Of a DNA stretch of 64,000 bases, positions 12,301 through 19,721 are shown piece after piece. Within the stretch, counting starts at the first letter, position 1. Every line of letters begins with the position of its first letter. Source of the DNA: Terriglobia bacterium (GTDB lineage: Bacteria > Acidobacteriota > Polarisedimenticolia > Polarisedimenticolales > JAIQFR01); the NCBI GenBank assembly GCA_963748015.1, contig CAVVHE010000009.1, positions 384,001 through 448,000 on the forward strand, in the 5' to 3' direction. The notes below the pieces were generated by a model, which was not told the origin of the DNA, did no database searches, and was given only the letters and a program-made list of their open reading frames with translations. The translations under genes and the position numbers were made by a program.

Positions 12301-12581
12301 GGCATCGCGCCGACTGCGAGCTCTCGAATCTCGACGCGTCCCAGGAACGGCGACACGTGGACGGAGGAGATCGAGACCGGCCTTAGGAGGGTCCTGACGA
12401 GACCCTCGCGCGCCCGGCCCAGGGCCCACGCGTCGAGCCGCTCGCCGGGGCCGGCGAGGTAGGCAGCACCCGCCAGAACGACGGCCGCGATCGGCAGGAG
12501 CCAGCGAACGACCCTTCGCCGCGCCGGTCCTCGAGCGAGGCCGGGACCGGCCCCGGAACTATTCGCTGTCTCGCGACCCAT
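6315..12581 (-). CDS. TamB/AsmA-like protein fused to POTRA domains and an Omp85 (TamA/BamA) beta-barrel
   Basis: One 2088-aa ORF: N-terminal hydrophobic anchor, AsmA-like beta-rich region, DUF490-like end (TLGKRLSPRVFV..YEVEYQL), POTRA repeats (V.GN..Y..GY.DA.V), barrel with RYFAGGDSTFRGF, G.GVRFDTPVGPVRVEYG and terminal Phe (IGQSF). Confidence 0.88.
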   Translation of the reverse strand: MGRETANSSGAGPGLARGPARRRVVRWLLPIAAVVLAGAAYLAGPGERLDAWALGRAREGLVRTLLRPVSISSVHVSPFLGRVEIRELAVGAMPPSTKTVLSIPRATASVSLLPLLRGRLEIRSVRVDRPAASFWRESGKWEGPIPAALEEQAGMKIGLKRLEISGGVLSVEDRSIPIWCRAEDVQVAWTSRPGGDGSGTFDSERLSGGTPAASRSGKVHVEGALDGGAARASGSVSWGDNLLRLEASADVPEPRAVPTSGQVRASLDVAEAAEMPVVSSLLGFESPLSGRLRGNGTLRFDPNGWMAEGRVRGDRIHREGLEASELEVDFAATPRGLRIRSLVAKALGGTLRAEGTIAAGEGGGIRAKYRADGLSLAAVLKAGGLETRLDGVGSLEGELTARVRELDSLRGAGTFRVVPTGTASARGRLDAEASGGFALEGLTVTASAPAARVGATTASLVAEKKLDRPSVALRTEVDSESLSESAVLLDAILPHAPGESVLPLDAVALSGRGKASIDLAIEKDRPVSGTIAFALEDVAYAGIGADTLGGRLVAEEGAFALRDTVARNDGGTFAVEEARFREGPGGLWHVRGTLDRWPADDILALTGAPGSPSARLGGPVEIAGSAAGRSGKAELSLSEARFGPAAFETGRAEVTLEDSVIEIERLSLRGPSGDANASGRFDLANRSYAGSVDASNVDASLAGPWLGGLPVSGRVALSLRGESHGGVVAWSGTLAPAPEVSLRGRTLEGLSVAAEGDGERARVRAKLGPGAGAEGEIAFAAPYPSSGHADLEGVPVAWLLGFAYPVAAASVGGEIAGSIEWSGPLGDAGVLEAQAELHPVRILVGAESFAAPRPARISLARGQVSFDDVTLVSGANRVSLGGSYTLAPSRAALDLWLDGTADLSALTAFVPGLSSAGTLSIALRATGNPETPDLIGTARLVGGRVRMAGNTLLAADRIKAEATIEPGAVRIERITGTAAGGALTGTGRVEVDGLTPTSLLLEGKVTGATLELPKGFRGVYSGELRFEAARGRVPALFGRIDLLRGVWRSAFQLDRVNLLARTRAPLADVPRPDEGMEKTTLDVTIEANDNLWLRNDLADTEARGRIEVGGTVGHPRFEGHFETIEGGELRFGEVRYDLENARVTIPAGPRINPEFDIVASTRVREYDIRMHLWGDANRVESELSSNPSIPEREILSLLLTGTRMEDPNAPTRTGTIQDSAATLVGGQLRSLVGSQLERWLGFEEVRIEPYQYQTTGDPTTRVTLGKRLSPRVFVRTSVPLNSAETTGYEVEYQLNRKVKLSAFRGEHDALGGQARYSARTWSPHARKQRREAAGAAPVAGEKVSEVRFVGNPVEDPARLARIVPLRQGGSFNRRDLVEGTLKLKKHYVKNGFLEASVIASTTRPRDGFVDVEYAIERGYPVELVIEGAGDSAKAIRQLLDVLWLEPAASGTDVEEEAPERIRIALRDEGYFNADAKVAVEQGPSKRKVMVRVDRGEKVRVASLSIAGATAIPEPEIRTHVLVGRETRFRRDVLKPDVLEADVAAVESLYRSRGFLAADATWRVSLSPDGRDANVEITVTEGPRADVRSVEVRGNRAMGDDRVRAIVRSRVGEPFDAVTVYEDLASLRALYDSDGYLDARVVEDLRTDGEKVDLAYDIVEGERKVLRDVEIEGNLVTHSKVIRRLVPLSEGDALSREKVQKLQTDLSRTGLFSEVRLSWADSPGPAGGQTLKIAVREADDLILGTGVGYDTYNGPRIHAEVADANLRGTGWYSGLSVVLGGKVQREQLTFRAPRLVRGWMPILSAGHLIEERDSFTQQGTGASAALERKTAEDLTHIVRYATSYSDVYDLSASEEEIHASEPRLDLGKIRLASLGYSIARDRRDNPLNTKRGTYASADLRWFSELLGSQQRFSMLFLQGSAASPLTASLTGISALKVGVASRLGSGIPLPLQVRYFAGGDSTFRGFPQDRLGYVETETTVDESGNEVIVDKGTLQHDTLIPLGGEAVIILNNELRRPVWGGASAILFWDSGSVFPTPGEIRLSRFRNSLGTGVRFDTPVGPVRVEYGWKLDPQKNESAGEFVFTIGQSF

Positions 12582-12596
12582 CGCGAGAAGAGTCTA

Positions 12597-14420
12597 TCAA
12601 AGGCCGTGGCGGTTGCCGGTGATCGCGGCCCGAAGGGCCTCTACGGCGCGGAGGGCGGCGGGGTCGCGAGGCGCGGCGGCCGGCCGGCCGCGGGGCTCTT
12701 CCGGCAGGCAGGCGTGCTCTTTCACCAGCGCGCGGATCACCGCGTAGACGGCGCCGGGGTCGAGGTGCCTGCGGGTGCGGGAGAGGCGCGAGGCGATGTC
12801 GATGCTGGCGTCCCCCGTGATCCTCGCGAGCCGGTTCACGACGGCCGAGCGCGCCGCCACCTCCCGGAGGGTGCGTCGCTCGGTCTTCCCCGCGAGGCGC
12901 GCGGCGGCCCGGATCAGCTCGAGGTAGGCGCGCTGGAAGGCCCGAACCCGGCGGGAGCGGGCGGGTGTCGCCCTGCGGTGGTCGCGGGAGGCGTAGCTCG
13001 ACGCGGCGATGCGGAGGAACTCGAGCGCCGGCAGCGTCCGTTCCTCGACGAGATAGCGGGCGGGCAGCTCGCGCAGGAGATCCCGCGTGGAGTAAACGGC
13101 GTTGCGGGTGATCCCGTCGGTGACGGCGAGGCGCCGCCGCGACGAGGCGCGCTCGAAGTAGCGGTGCTCGCGGCGGAACCGCTCGACCTCGCGGCGGGCC
13201 GAGGCGAGCAACGCGTCGGCCGTGCGCGGCGCGAACCCGACGTTCCTCAGGAGCAACCGCAGCCGGTGAGTCTCGAACTCCCGGTCGAACAGCAGGACGT
13301 CCGGGTCGCGGCGGAAGGCCGCGAGCGGGCGCTTCCGCCCCCGCTCCAGGGCGTCGCACGCCTGTGCCACGGCCTGGACGACGTAGCGCGCCTTCCTTCG
13401 TTGCTCGGGAATCGTCGTGGACCAGCGCGGCCCGTCGTCGTAACGGTACTCCCGGTGGTACAGGCCGAACTGCCGGACCGAGCCGTAGTCGAGCACGCCG
13501 CCATCCATGAGGATGTTGTCGCCGTCCCACTCGAGCCAGCAGAAGACGTACTCGGTCTCGAACGTGGCGGCGGCGCGCGCGAAGGACAGGGAGACGGAGC
13601 GGGCAAGGTGCCTGAAGCGCGCGTTCCCATGGAGGCGCGGGAAGACGCCGTTCTCCACCTGGCGGTCGATGAACGTATCCGCGACGCCCCGAAGCGACTC
13701 GAGGTCCCCCTGCTTGAGCCAGACGAAGAAGTGCGCGGGGCGCAGCAGCGAGGGGTACGCCCTCACGGCGATCCCGAATCCGCCCGGAAGGGAGAGAACG
13801 GCCAGGACGCGCTCGGTCGCGATGCCGTTCCGGTGGAAGCTCTCGCTCATCAGCGCGGCCGAGAGCCCCTCGAAGACCGTGGCGGTCCCGCACCCGTAGC
13901 AGGCCGTGCGGCTCCCGGTCTTGTAGAAGCGCCCGCTCCACGCGGTCGCGGGGCACAGCCGCGTGACGCCGGTGCCGCAGGCCGAGACGTCCCAGACCTT
14001 GCCGTCGCCCTCGACGGAGCCGAGCCAGACGCTCCGGCCGTCGCCCGACGTCTCGCCGCGCCGGCCGGGATGCTGGATCTGGAGGTAGCGCGTGGCCATG
14101 TAGGTCCCGGGGAGCAGCACTTCGGCGCGCGCGCCGCTTGCCTGCCGGGTCTCGTGCTCGTTCACGATGGTGATGGCGAAGGTGCCGAGCACCGCGCGGC
14201 GCAGGCCGGGGAGCATCGCGTCGGGGTGGTCCTGGGGGATCAGGCCGAGCTCGCGGGCGAGCGCGAAGTTGAAGTAGACGACCTCGGCCCCGCGCACCCG
14301 GCGCGCGCGGTAGTCCACGTACCCGCGGCGCACCGCGCGACGGAACGGGTGCGACCCGTCGAGCGATCGGAACCGCGCGTACGCGTCCTCCGTACGAGGC
14401 GACGCGAGCGTTGCCTCCAT
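12597..14420 (-). CDS. Divergent SelO/YdiU-like (protein adenylyltransferase fold) protein
   Basis: YFNFALARELGL, SGDGRS, SESFHRNGIATERVL, S.LR..HF and DNILMDG.VLDYG occur in the same order as SelO motifs; several catalytic positions differ. Confidence 0.7.
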   Translation of the reverse strand: MEATLASPRTEDAYARFRSLDGSHPFRRAVRRGYVDYRARRVRGAEVVYFNFALARELGLIPQDHPDAMLPGLRRAVLGTFAITIVNEHETRQASGARAEVLLPGTYMATRYLQIQHPGRRGETSGDGRSVWLGSVEGDGKVWDVSACGTGVTRLCPATAWSGRFYKTGSRTACYGCGTATVFEGLSAALMSESFHRNGIATERVLAVLSLPGGFGIAVRAYPSLLRPAHFFVWLKQGDLESLRGVADTFIDRQVENGVFPRLHGNARFRHLARSVSLSFARAAATFETEYVFCWLEWDGDNILMDGGVLDYGSVRQFGLYHREYRYDDGPRWSTTIPEQRRKARYVVQAVAQACDALERGRKRPLAAFRRDPDVLLFDREFETHRLRLLLRNVGFAPRTADALLASARREVERFRREHRYFERASSRRRLAVTDGITRNAVYSTRDLLRELPARYLVEERTLPALEFLRIAASSYASRDHRRATPARSRRVRAFQRAYLELIRAAARLAGKTERRTLREVAARSAVVNRLARITGDASIDIASRLSRTRRHLDPGAVYAVIRALVKEHACLPEEPRGRPAAAPRDPAALRAVEALRAAITGNRHGL

Positions 14421-14460
14421 CGTCGAGCCCTCGGTTACTCTGTAGAATCTAGGCTTGAAG

Positions 14461-16227
14461 ATGCGAACTGCAACGAAAGCCTCCCCGGGTCCGGCGCAGC
14501 TGCCGGGAAAGCCTGTTCTTCTCGCAACCGCGGGACTCGTTCTCGCCGTCCTCCTCGTCTACTTCCAGGCGATCGGGTTCGGGTTCGTGAAGGTGGACGA
14601 CACGGCCTACGTGACCGGGAATCCCCGCGTCCTCGGAGGCCTCACCGGGTCCAACATCCGGTGGGCCTTCACGACCTTCGAGGCCTCGAACTGGCACCCG
14701 CTGACCTGGATCTCGCTCATGGCGGACGCCGACCTGGGGGGATCCGCCCCGCGCGCGTACCACCTGACGAACGTCCTCCTGCACCTGGCGAGCACGCTGC
14801 TGCTGTTCCACCTGCTCTCGCGGACGACCCGCTCGGTGTGGAGGAGCGCCCTCGTCGCCGCCCTCTTCGCGGTCCACCCGCTCCACGTGGAGTCCGTGGC
14901 GTGGGTGGCCGAGCGCAAGGACGTGCTCAGCACCTTCCTCTGGTTCCTCACGATCGCGGCCTACCTCGGGTACGCGAAGGTACCGTCGGCGTCACGCTAC
15001 GCCGCGGTCGCCGTCCTCTTCGCTCTCGGCCTCCTCGCGAAGCCGATGCTCGTCACCCTGCCGCTGACCCTGTTGCTCCTCGACTACTGGCCGCTGCGCC
15101 GGATCGTCCTGCCTCTCCGTGCGCGGGGGCGCGATCTCCGGCCGCTCTCTGAGAAGCTCCCGCTCCTCGCGCTGTCTGCCGCGTCGAGCGTGGTCACCCT
15201 CGCCGCGCAGTCTTCAGCGGCGGGCACTCTCGAGGCGGTCCCGCTCGGCGTTCGCCTCGGCAACGCGGCGATCGCGTACGCGACGTACCTCGCCAAGACG
15301 GTCTGGCCGGTGGGGCTGTCCATCCACTACCCCTACGCGGTCCCGCTACCGCCCGCGCGCGTCGCGATCTCGCTGGCGGTGCTGGCGGCCATCACGTGGC
15401 TGACGGCGCGCGGCGCCGGCCGCCGGCCGTACCTCGCCATGGGCTGGCTGTGGTACCTCGTCACGCTCGTTCCCGTGCTCGGCCTCGTGCAGGTCGGCGA
15501 GCAGGGCATGGCCGACCGCTACACCTACGTCCCGCTCATCGGCATCTTCGTCATGCTTGCCTGGAGCCTTCCGGACCCCGGCCCGCCGGGCGCTCCGGCG
15601 GCTCGCGGCCGCGTCGCGGCGCTCGCCGGGGGCGCGGCGATCGCGCTCGGGGCGCTCGCGTGGGCCGCGCACGCGCAGGCGGGCCACTGGCGCAGCGCGA
15701 CGGACCTGTTCCGGCACGCGGTCGAGGTGAACGGGCGGAACGCGCTGGCGCGAATGGGTCTCGCGCAGGAGCTCGACGAGGCGGGCCGCCACGACGAGGC
15801 GATCGCCGAATACCGGGAGGCCCTGCGCCTGCGGCCGTCGTCGTGGTTCGCGGCCTCGAACCTCGCGAAAGGGCTCGCCCGGGCCGGCCGGACCGCGGAG
15901 GCCGTCGAGGCCTACCGGCACCTCGCGCGTCTTAGCCCGGAGAGCGCGGGGGTCCTGGGAGAGCTCGCGATTCTCCTGATGCAGGAGGGAAAGCTGCACG
16001 AGGCGGAGAGCGCGCTTCTCGAGGCGGAGAAGCTGAAGCCCGACGACGCCGGGATCCGCGCGGCGCTGGGGATCGTCCTGACGCAGGAGGGGAAGCTCGA
16101 CGACGCCGAGGCCCGCTTCAGGGAAGCGCTCCGCATCGATCCCGGGAGCGCCACCGCGAGAAAGGGCCTCGCCGCCCTGCTCGCCCGGCAGGGGCGGCTG
16201 CAAGAAACCCAAGCTCTTCTGCCCTAA
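14461..16227 (+). CDS. TMTC-like GT-C membrane glycosyltransferase with C-terminal TPR repeats
   Basis: DD motif after first TM helix, NWHPLTWIS, HPLHVESVAW..ERKD, ADRYTY, many TM segments, then TPR repeats. Confidence 0.85.
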   Translation: MRTATKASPGPAQLPGKPVLLATAGLVLAVLLVYFQAIGFGFVKVDDTAYVTGNPRVLGGLTGSNIRWAFTTFEASNWHPLTWISLMADADLGGSAPRAYHLTNVLLHLASTLLLFHLLSRTTRSVWRSALVAALFAVHPLHVESVAWVAERKDVLSTFLWFLTIAAYLGYAKVPSASRYAAVAVLFALGLLAKPMLVTLPLTLLLLDYWPLRRIVLPLRARGRDLRPLSEKLPLLALSAASSVVTLAAQSSAAGTLEAVPLGVRLGNAAIAYATYLAKTVWPVGLSIHYPYAVPLPPARVAISLAVLAAITWLTARGAGRRPYLAMGWLWYLVTLVPVLGLVQVGEQGMADRYTYVPLIGIFVMLAWSLPDPGPPGAPAARGRVAALAGGAAIALGALAWAAHAQAGHWRSATDLFRHAVEVNGRNALARMGLAQELDEAGRHDEAIAEYREALRLRPSSWFAASNLAKGLARAGRTAEAVEAYRHLARLSPESAGVLGELAILLMQEGKLHEAESALLEAEKLKPDDAGIRAALGIVLTQEGKLDDAEARFREALRIDPGSATARKGLAALLARQGRLQETQALLP

Positions 16228-16297
16228 CTGCGCCCTCGTCGAAGGCGGCCGCCCGCCTTCGACGTGTGGTATTTTCGGGCGGGAAGAAGCGGTGGCG

Positions 16298-17695
16298 ATG
16301 AGCGACGAGACTCTTGCGGGCCGGCGGGTTCTGGTCGTGGACGACGAGGAAGTGATCGTCGAGTCCTGCCGTGCCATCCTCGAGAGGCAGGGCTGCCTCG
16401 TGGACGGGGAGCTCGACGGGACGCGCGGCCGCGAGCGCGCGCTCCGCGGAGAGTACGACCTGGTCCTCCTCGACGTGCGGCTGCCGGGCTCCGACGGTCT
16501 CGAGATCCTGGCCGCGGTGCGGGAGAGGCGGTCCGACCTCGAGGTGATCGTCATCACCGGCCACTCGACGATCGAGACCGCCGTCCGCGCGGTGAAGCTC
16601 GGCGCGTTCGACTTCGTGCCCAAGCCGTTCACGCCGGAGGAGCTGCTTTCCAAGGTACGGGCGGCCCTCGACCACCTCGACCAGCACCGCCCGGGGCGGG
16701 CCGCGGAGGACGGGGAGCTGGAGGGGCTCGTCAGCGACTCCGAGGCGATGGCCTCGGTGCGGGCGGTCATCGCGCGCGTCGCCGGGTCCGAGGCGACGGT
16801 GCTCATCCACGGAGAGACCGGCACGGGAAAGGAACTCGTGGCGGGGATCCTCCACGGCGCGAGCGCGAGGCGCGACGGTCCCTTCGTCTCGGTGGACTGT
16901 TCGGCGCTCGCTCCGGGTCTCCTCGAGAGCGAGCTGTTCGGCCACGTGAAGGGCTCCTTCACGGGTGCTCTGTCCACCAAGCCCGGGCTGTTCGAGCTGG
17001 CCGAGGCCGGGACCCTGTTCCTCGACGAGATCTGCAACATGACCCTGGAGACGCAAGGGAAGCTCCTCCGCTTCCTCGAGTCCGGCGAGTTCCGGCCGGT
17101 CGGAGGGGTCGAGCTGAAGCGGGTGAACTTCCGGCTCGTGGCGGCCACGAACCGCGACCTCGCCGCGATGGTCGAGGAAGGTAGCTTCCGGCAGGACCTC
17201 TATTACCGGCTCAACGTCGTCCCGGTTCGCCTGCCCGCGCTGCGGGAGCGCCCCTCCGACATCCCGGAGCTGATCCGCCACTTCCTGAGGAAGCACGGGA
17301 GGCAGGACGCCGGAAAGCCCCTGCGCTTCTCGCCGGAGGCGCTCGACCGCCTCAAGGCCTACGCGTGGCCGGGGAACGTGCGCGAGCTGAAGAACCTCGT
17401 CGAGCGCCTCGTGGTGATGGTCGAAGGGGACACCGTCCGCCTCGAGCATCTTCCGGAGCACGTCACCGGTCCGGCCGACGGCGCGTTACCCGAGGTCCCC
17501 CGAAGCAACGACGAGTTGAAGGCGCTCAAGCGGACGCTGCGGAACCACATGTTCGACGACATCGAGCGGCGCTTCGTGATCGAGGCGCTGAGGCGCAGCG
17601 ACTGGAACGTGAGCCGCGCCGCCCGGGAGACCGGCCTGCAGCGCCCGAACTTCCACGCGCTGATGCGCAAGCACGGCGTCCGGGCGAGAGAGTAG
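16298..17695 (+). CDS. Sigma-54-dependent response regulator (REC-AAA+-HTH, NtrC family)
   Basis: Receiver (VVDDE, LLDVRLP), Walker A GETGTGKE, ESELFGH.KGSFTGA, LFLDEI, FRQDLYYRLNV, WPGNVREL, Fis-type HTH. Confidence 0.95.
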   Translation: MSDETLAGRRVLVVDDEEVIVESCRAILERQGCLVDGELDGTRGRERALRGEYDLVLLDVRLPGSDGLEILAAVRERRSDLEVIVITGHSTIETAVRAVKLGAFDFVPKPFTPEELLSKVRAALDHLDQHRPGRAAEDGELEGLVSDSEAMASVRAVIARVAGSEATVLIHGETGTGKELVAGILHGASARRDGPFVSVDCSALAPGLLESELFGHVKGSFTGALSTKPGLFELAEAGTLFLDEICNMTLETQGKLLRFLESGEFRPVGGVELKRVNFRLVAATNRDLAAMVEEGSFRQDLYYRLNVVPVRLPALRERPSDIPELIRHFLRKHGRQDAGKPLRFSPEALDRLKAYAWPGNVRELKNLVERLVVMVEGDTVRLEHLPEHVTGPADGALPEVPRSNDELKALKRTLRNHMFDDIERRFVIEALRRSDWNVSRAARETGLQRPNFHALMRKHGVRARE

Positions 17696-17701
17696 CCCCG
17701 C

Positions 17702-19705
17702 TCAGGCCGGACTGGCGTCGAGCGGCGGCGCGGCCATCTCTTCCTGCGGCTCCGAGCCGTCGACCGGCAGGATCACCGAGAACGTCGTCCCCCGGGGGGA
17801 GGTGTCCACCGCGACCTTTCCGCCGGCCCGCGTGACGATGCCGTGCACGATGGCGAGTCCGAGACCCGTGCCCTTCCCCACCTCCTTCGTGGTGAAGAAC
17901 GGCTCGAAGATCATCGGCAGGATGTCCTTCGGGATGCCCTTCCCGGTGTCGGTGATCCCGATGCGGACCTCGCGCCCTCCGGGGGAGAGCTCGGTCACGA
18001 CGGTCAGCTCTCCCTTCTCGTCCATCGCGTCCACGGCATTGACCACGAGGTTCAGCACGACCTGCTGCAGGTGGCCGGGATCGATCACGATCGGCGGCAG
18101 GTCGTCGCCGGACACGCGCGTGGACCGGATGTTCTGGAAGCTCGCCTGCTGCTGCAGCAGCATCAGCGTCCTGTCCACGACGTCGTTGACGTCGGTCGGC
18201 GCGGGCTTCGACTCGGTCTGGTGGGAGAACTCGAGCAGCCCCTTGACGATGGTGCGGCAGCGCATCGTCTGCTTGATGATGATCTCGAAATTGCGTCGCT
18301 GCGGATGGTCCTCCGGCAGGTCCTGGAGGCCGAGCGAGGCGAAGGTCAGGATCCCCCCCATCGGGTTGTTGATCTCGTGGGCGACGCCGGCCGCCATCCG
18401 TCCGAGCGACACCATCTTGTCGGCCTCGGCCATCTTCGATTGCATCTCCACCAGCTCGGCGGTCCGCGCCTTGACCTTGTCCTCGAGCGTCCGGGTCCAC
18501 TCCTCGAGCTCGTCCCGCGCGACGCGCAGGCTCGCCATCATGGAGTTGAACGACTCGGCGAGCGTGCCGATCTCGTCGCCCGAGGTGACCGGCACCGTGT
18601 GGTGCAGGTCGCCGGCGGCGATCTTCCGGGTCGCCGTCGCCATCGCCGCGAGCGGGCGGATCATCGCGCGCGCGATCACATAGGTCAGGCCGAACACGAC
18701 GATCACGCCGATCGCGGCCACCACGACGAACGTCAGCATGACGCGGGTGCGCAGGGCGAGATAGGAATCCTCCCGCACGCCGAGGCCGATCATGCCGACG
18801 ATCCGCCCGCCGGGGTCCTTGAGCGGCTCGTAGGCCGCGATGAACCAGTCCTCGATGACGAAGGCCCGGCCGAGCCACCGCCCGCCGGTATCGAGCACCC
18901 GCGCGGCGACCTCGGAGGAGACCTGCGTTCCCGTCTCGGTTCCCTGGGTCGAGATCCGCACGTCCCCGAGGAAGACCGAGACCGCGCCGACCTGCCGCCC
19001 CTCGAAGACCTCGTTGCCGAAGACCGCCTGCCGGACCTGACTCACGATCTCCGTGTTCCGGTTCAGGAGCACGCCGCCGTACACGGCCCCCTCGATCCTC
19101 CCCCCGATGCGCACCGGCGCCGCGGAGAACATCACGAGGCCGTGATCCACCCACTCGGTAGGGTAGGGCCTGCTTGTCGGCACGCGAACGACCCGTATCC
19201 GGGCCTGGTCGGCCAGGATCTGTCCCTCCCGGGCGAGGGCCGCGTAGTCCAGGATCGCGCTGGACGCGACCGTCTCACCCGCGAACGCGGGGCGGATCAG
19301 GGCGCCGAAGGCCCCGTCCCGGGGGACGCCCTCGGTCGCTCCCGAGGACGAGGTCAGGCGCCCGCGCGTATCCACGAATCCCATGAAATCGAGGCCGTTG
19401 TCGGCTCGCAGCGAGGCCAGCAGCGGGGGCAGCTCTCCCGGGCTGCCGGCCCGGAGCTCGCGCAGCAGAAGGGGGGACCCGCTGCAGCGGACCAGCGCGC
19501 GACGCGACCGGTCGAGTTGCAGCTCGTACATCATCCGGGCCGCCTCGAGGCCGGTGGAGACGCGCTTCTGGGCCTCGGCCAGCATCGCCCGCGTGATGAT
19601 CCCCGAGCCGATGGAGATGGAAATGGCCGTGCCCCCGAGGACGATCGGGATGAAGGCCAGGGTGATCTTGACCCGCAGCGAGATGTCGCGAATGAAGCGG
19701 ATCAT
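17702..19705 (-). CDS. Membrane sensor histidine kinase (Cache sensor, HAMP, HisKA, HATPase)
   Basis: Two TM helices around a Cache-like domain (DVRIST..GT..Y.PLKD..G..VGM), HAMP (DEIG.LA.SFN.M), AHEINNP, NLVVNA, FEPFFTTK.GKGTGLGL; start uncertain (ATG 19705 chosen). Confidence 0.92.
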   Translation of the reverse strand: MIRFIRDISLRVKITLAFIPIVLGGTAISISIGSGIITRAMLAEAQKRVSTGLEAARMMYELQLDRSRRALVRCSGSPLLLRELRAGSPGELPPLLASLRADNGLDFMGFVDTRGRLTSSSGATEGVPRDGAFGALIRPAFAGETVASSAILDYAALAREGQILADQARIRVVRVPTSRPYPTEWVDHGLVMFSAAPVRIGGRIEGAVYGGVLLNRNTEIVSQVRQAVFGNEVFEGRQVGAVSVFLGDVRISTQGTETGTQVSSEVAARVLDTGGRWLGRAFVIEDWFIAAYEPLKDPGGRIVGMIGLGVREDSYLALRTRVMLTFVVVAAIGVIVVFGLTYVIARAMIRPLAAMATATRKIAAGDLHHTVPVTSGDEIGTLAESFNSMMASLRVARDELEEWTRTLEDKVKARTAELVEMQSKMAEADKMVSLGRMAAGVAHEINNPMGGILTFASLGLQDLPEDHPQRRNFEIIIKQTMRCRTIVKGLLEFSHQTESKPAPTDVNDVVDRTLMLLQQQASFQNIRSTRVSGDDLPPIVIDPGHLQQVVLNLVVNAVDAMDEKGELTVVTELSPGGREVRIGITDTGKGIPKDILPMIFEPFFTTKEVGKGTGLGLAIVHGIVTRAGGKVAVDTSPRGTTFSVILPVDGSEPQEEMAAPPLDASPA

Positions 19706-19721
19706 CGGTACGCTCACTATA

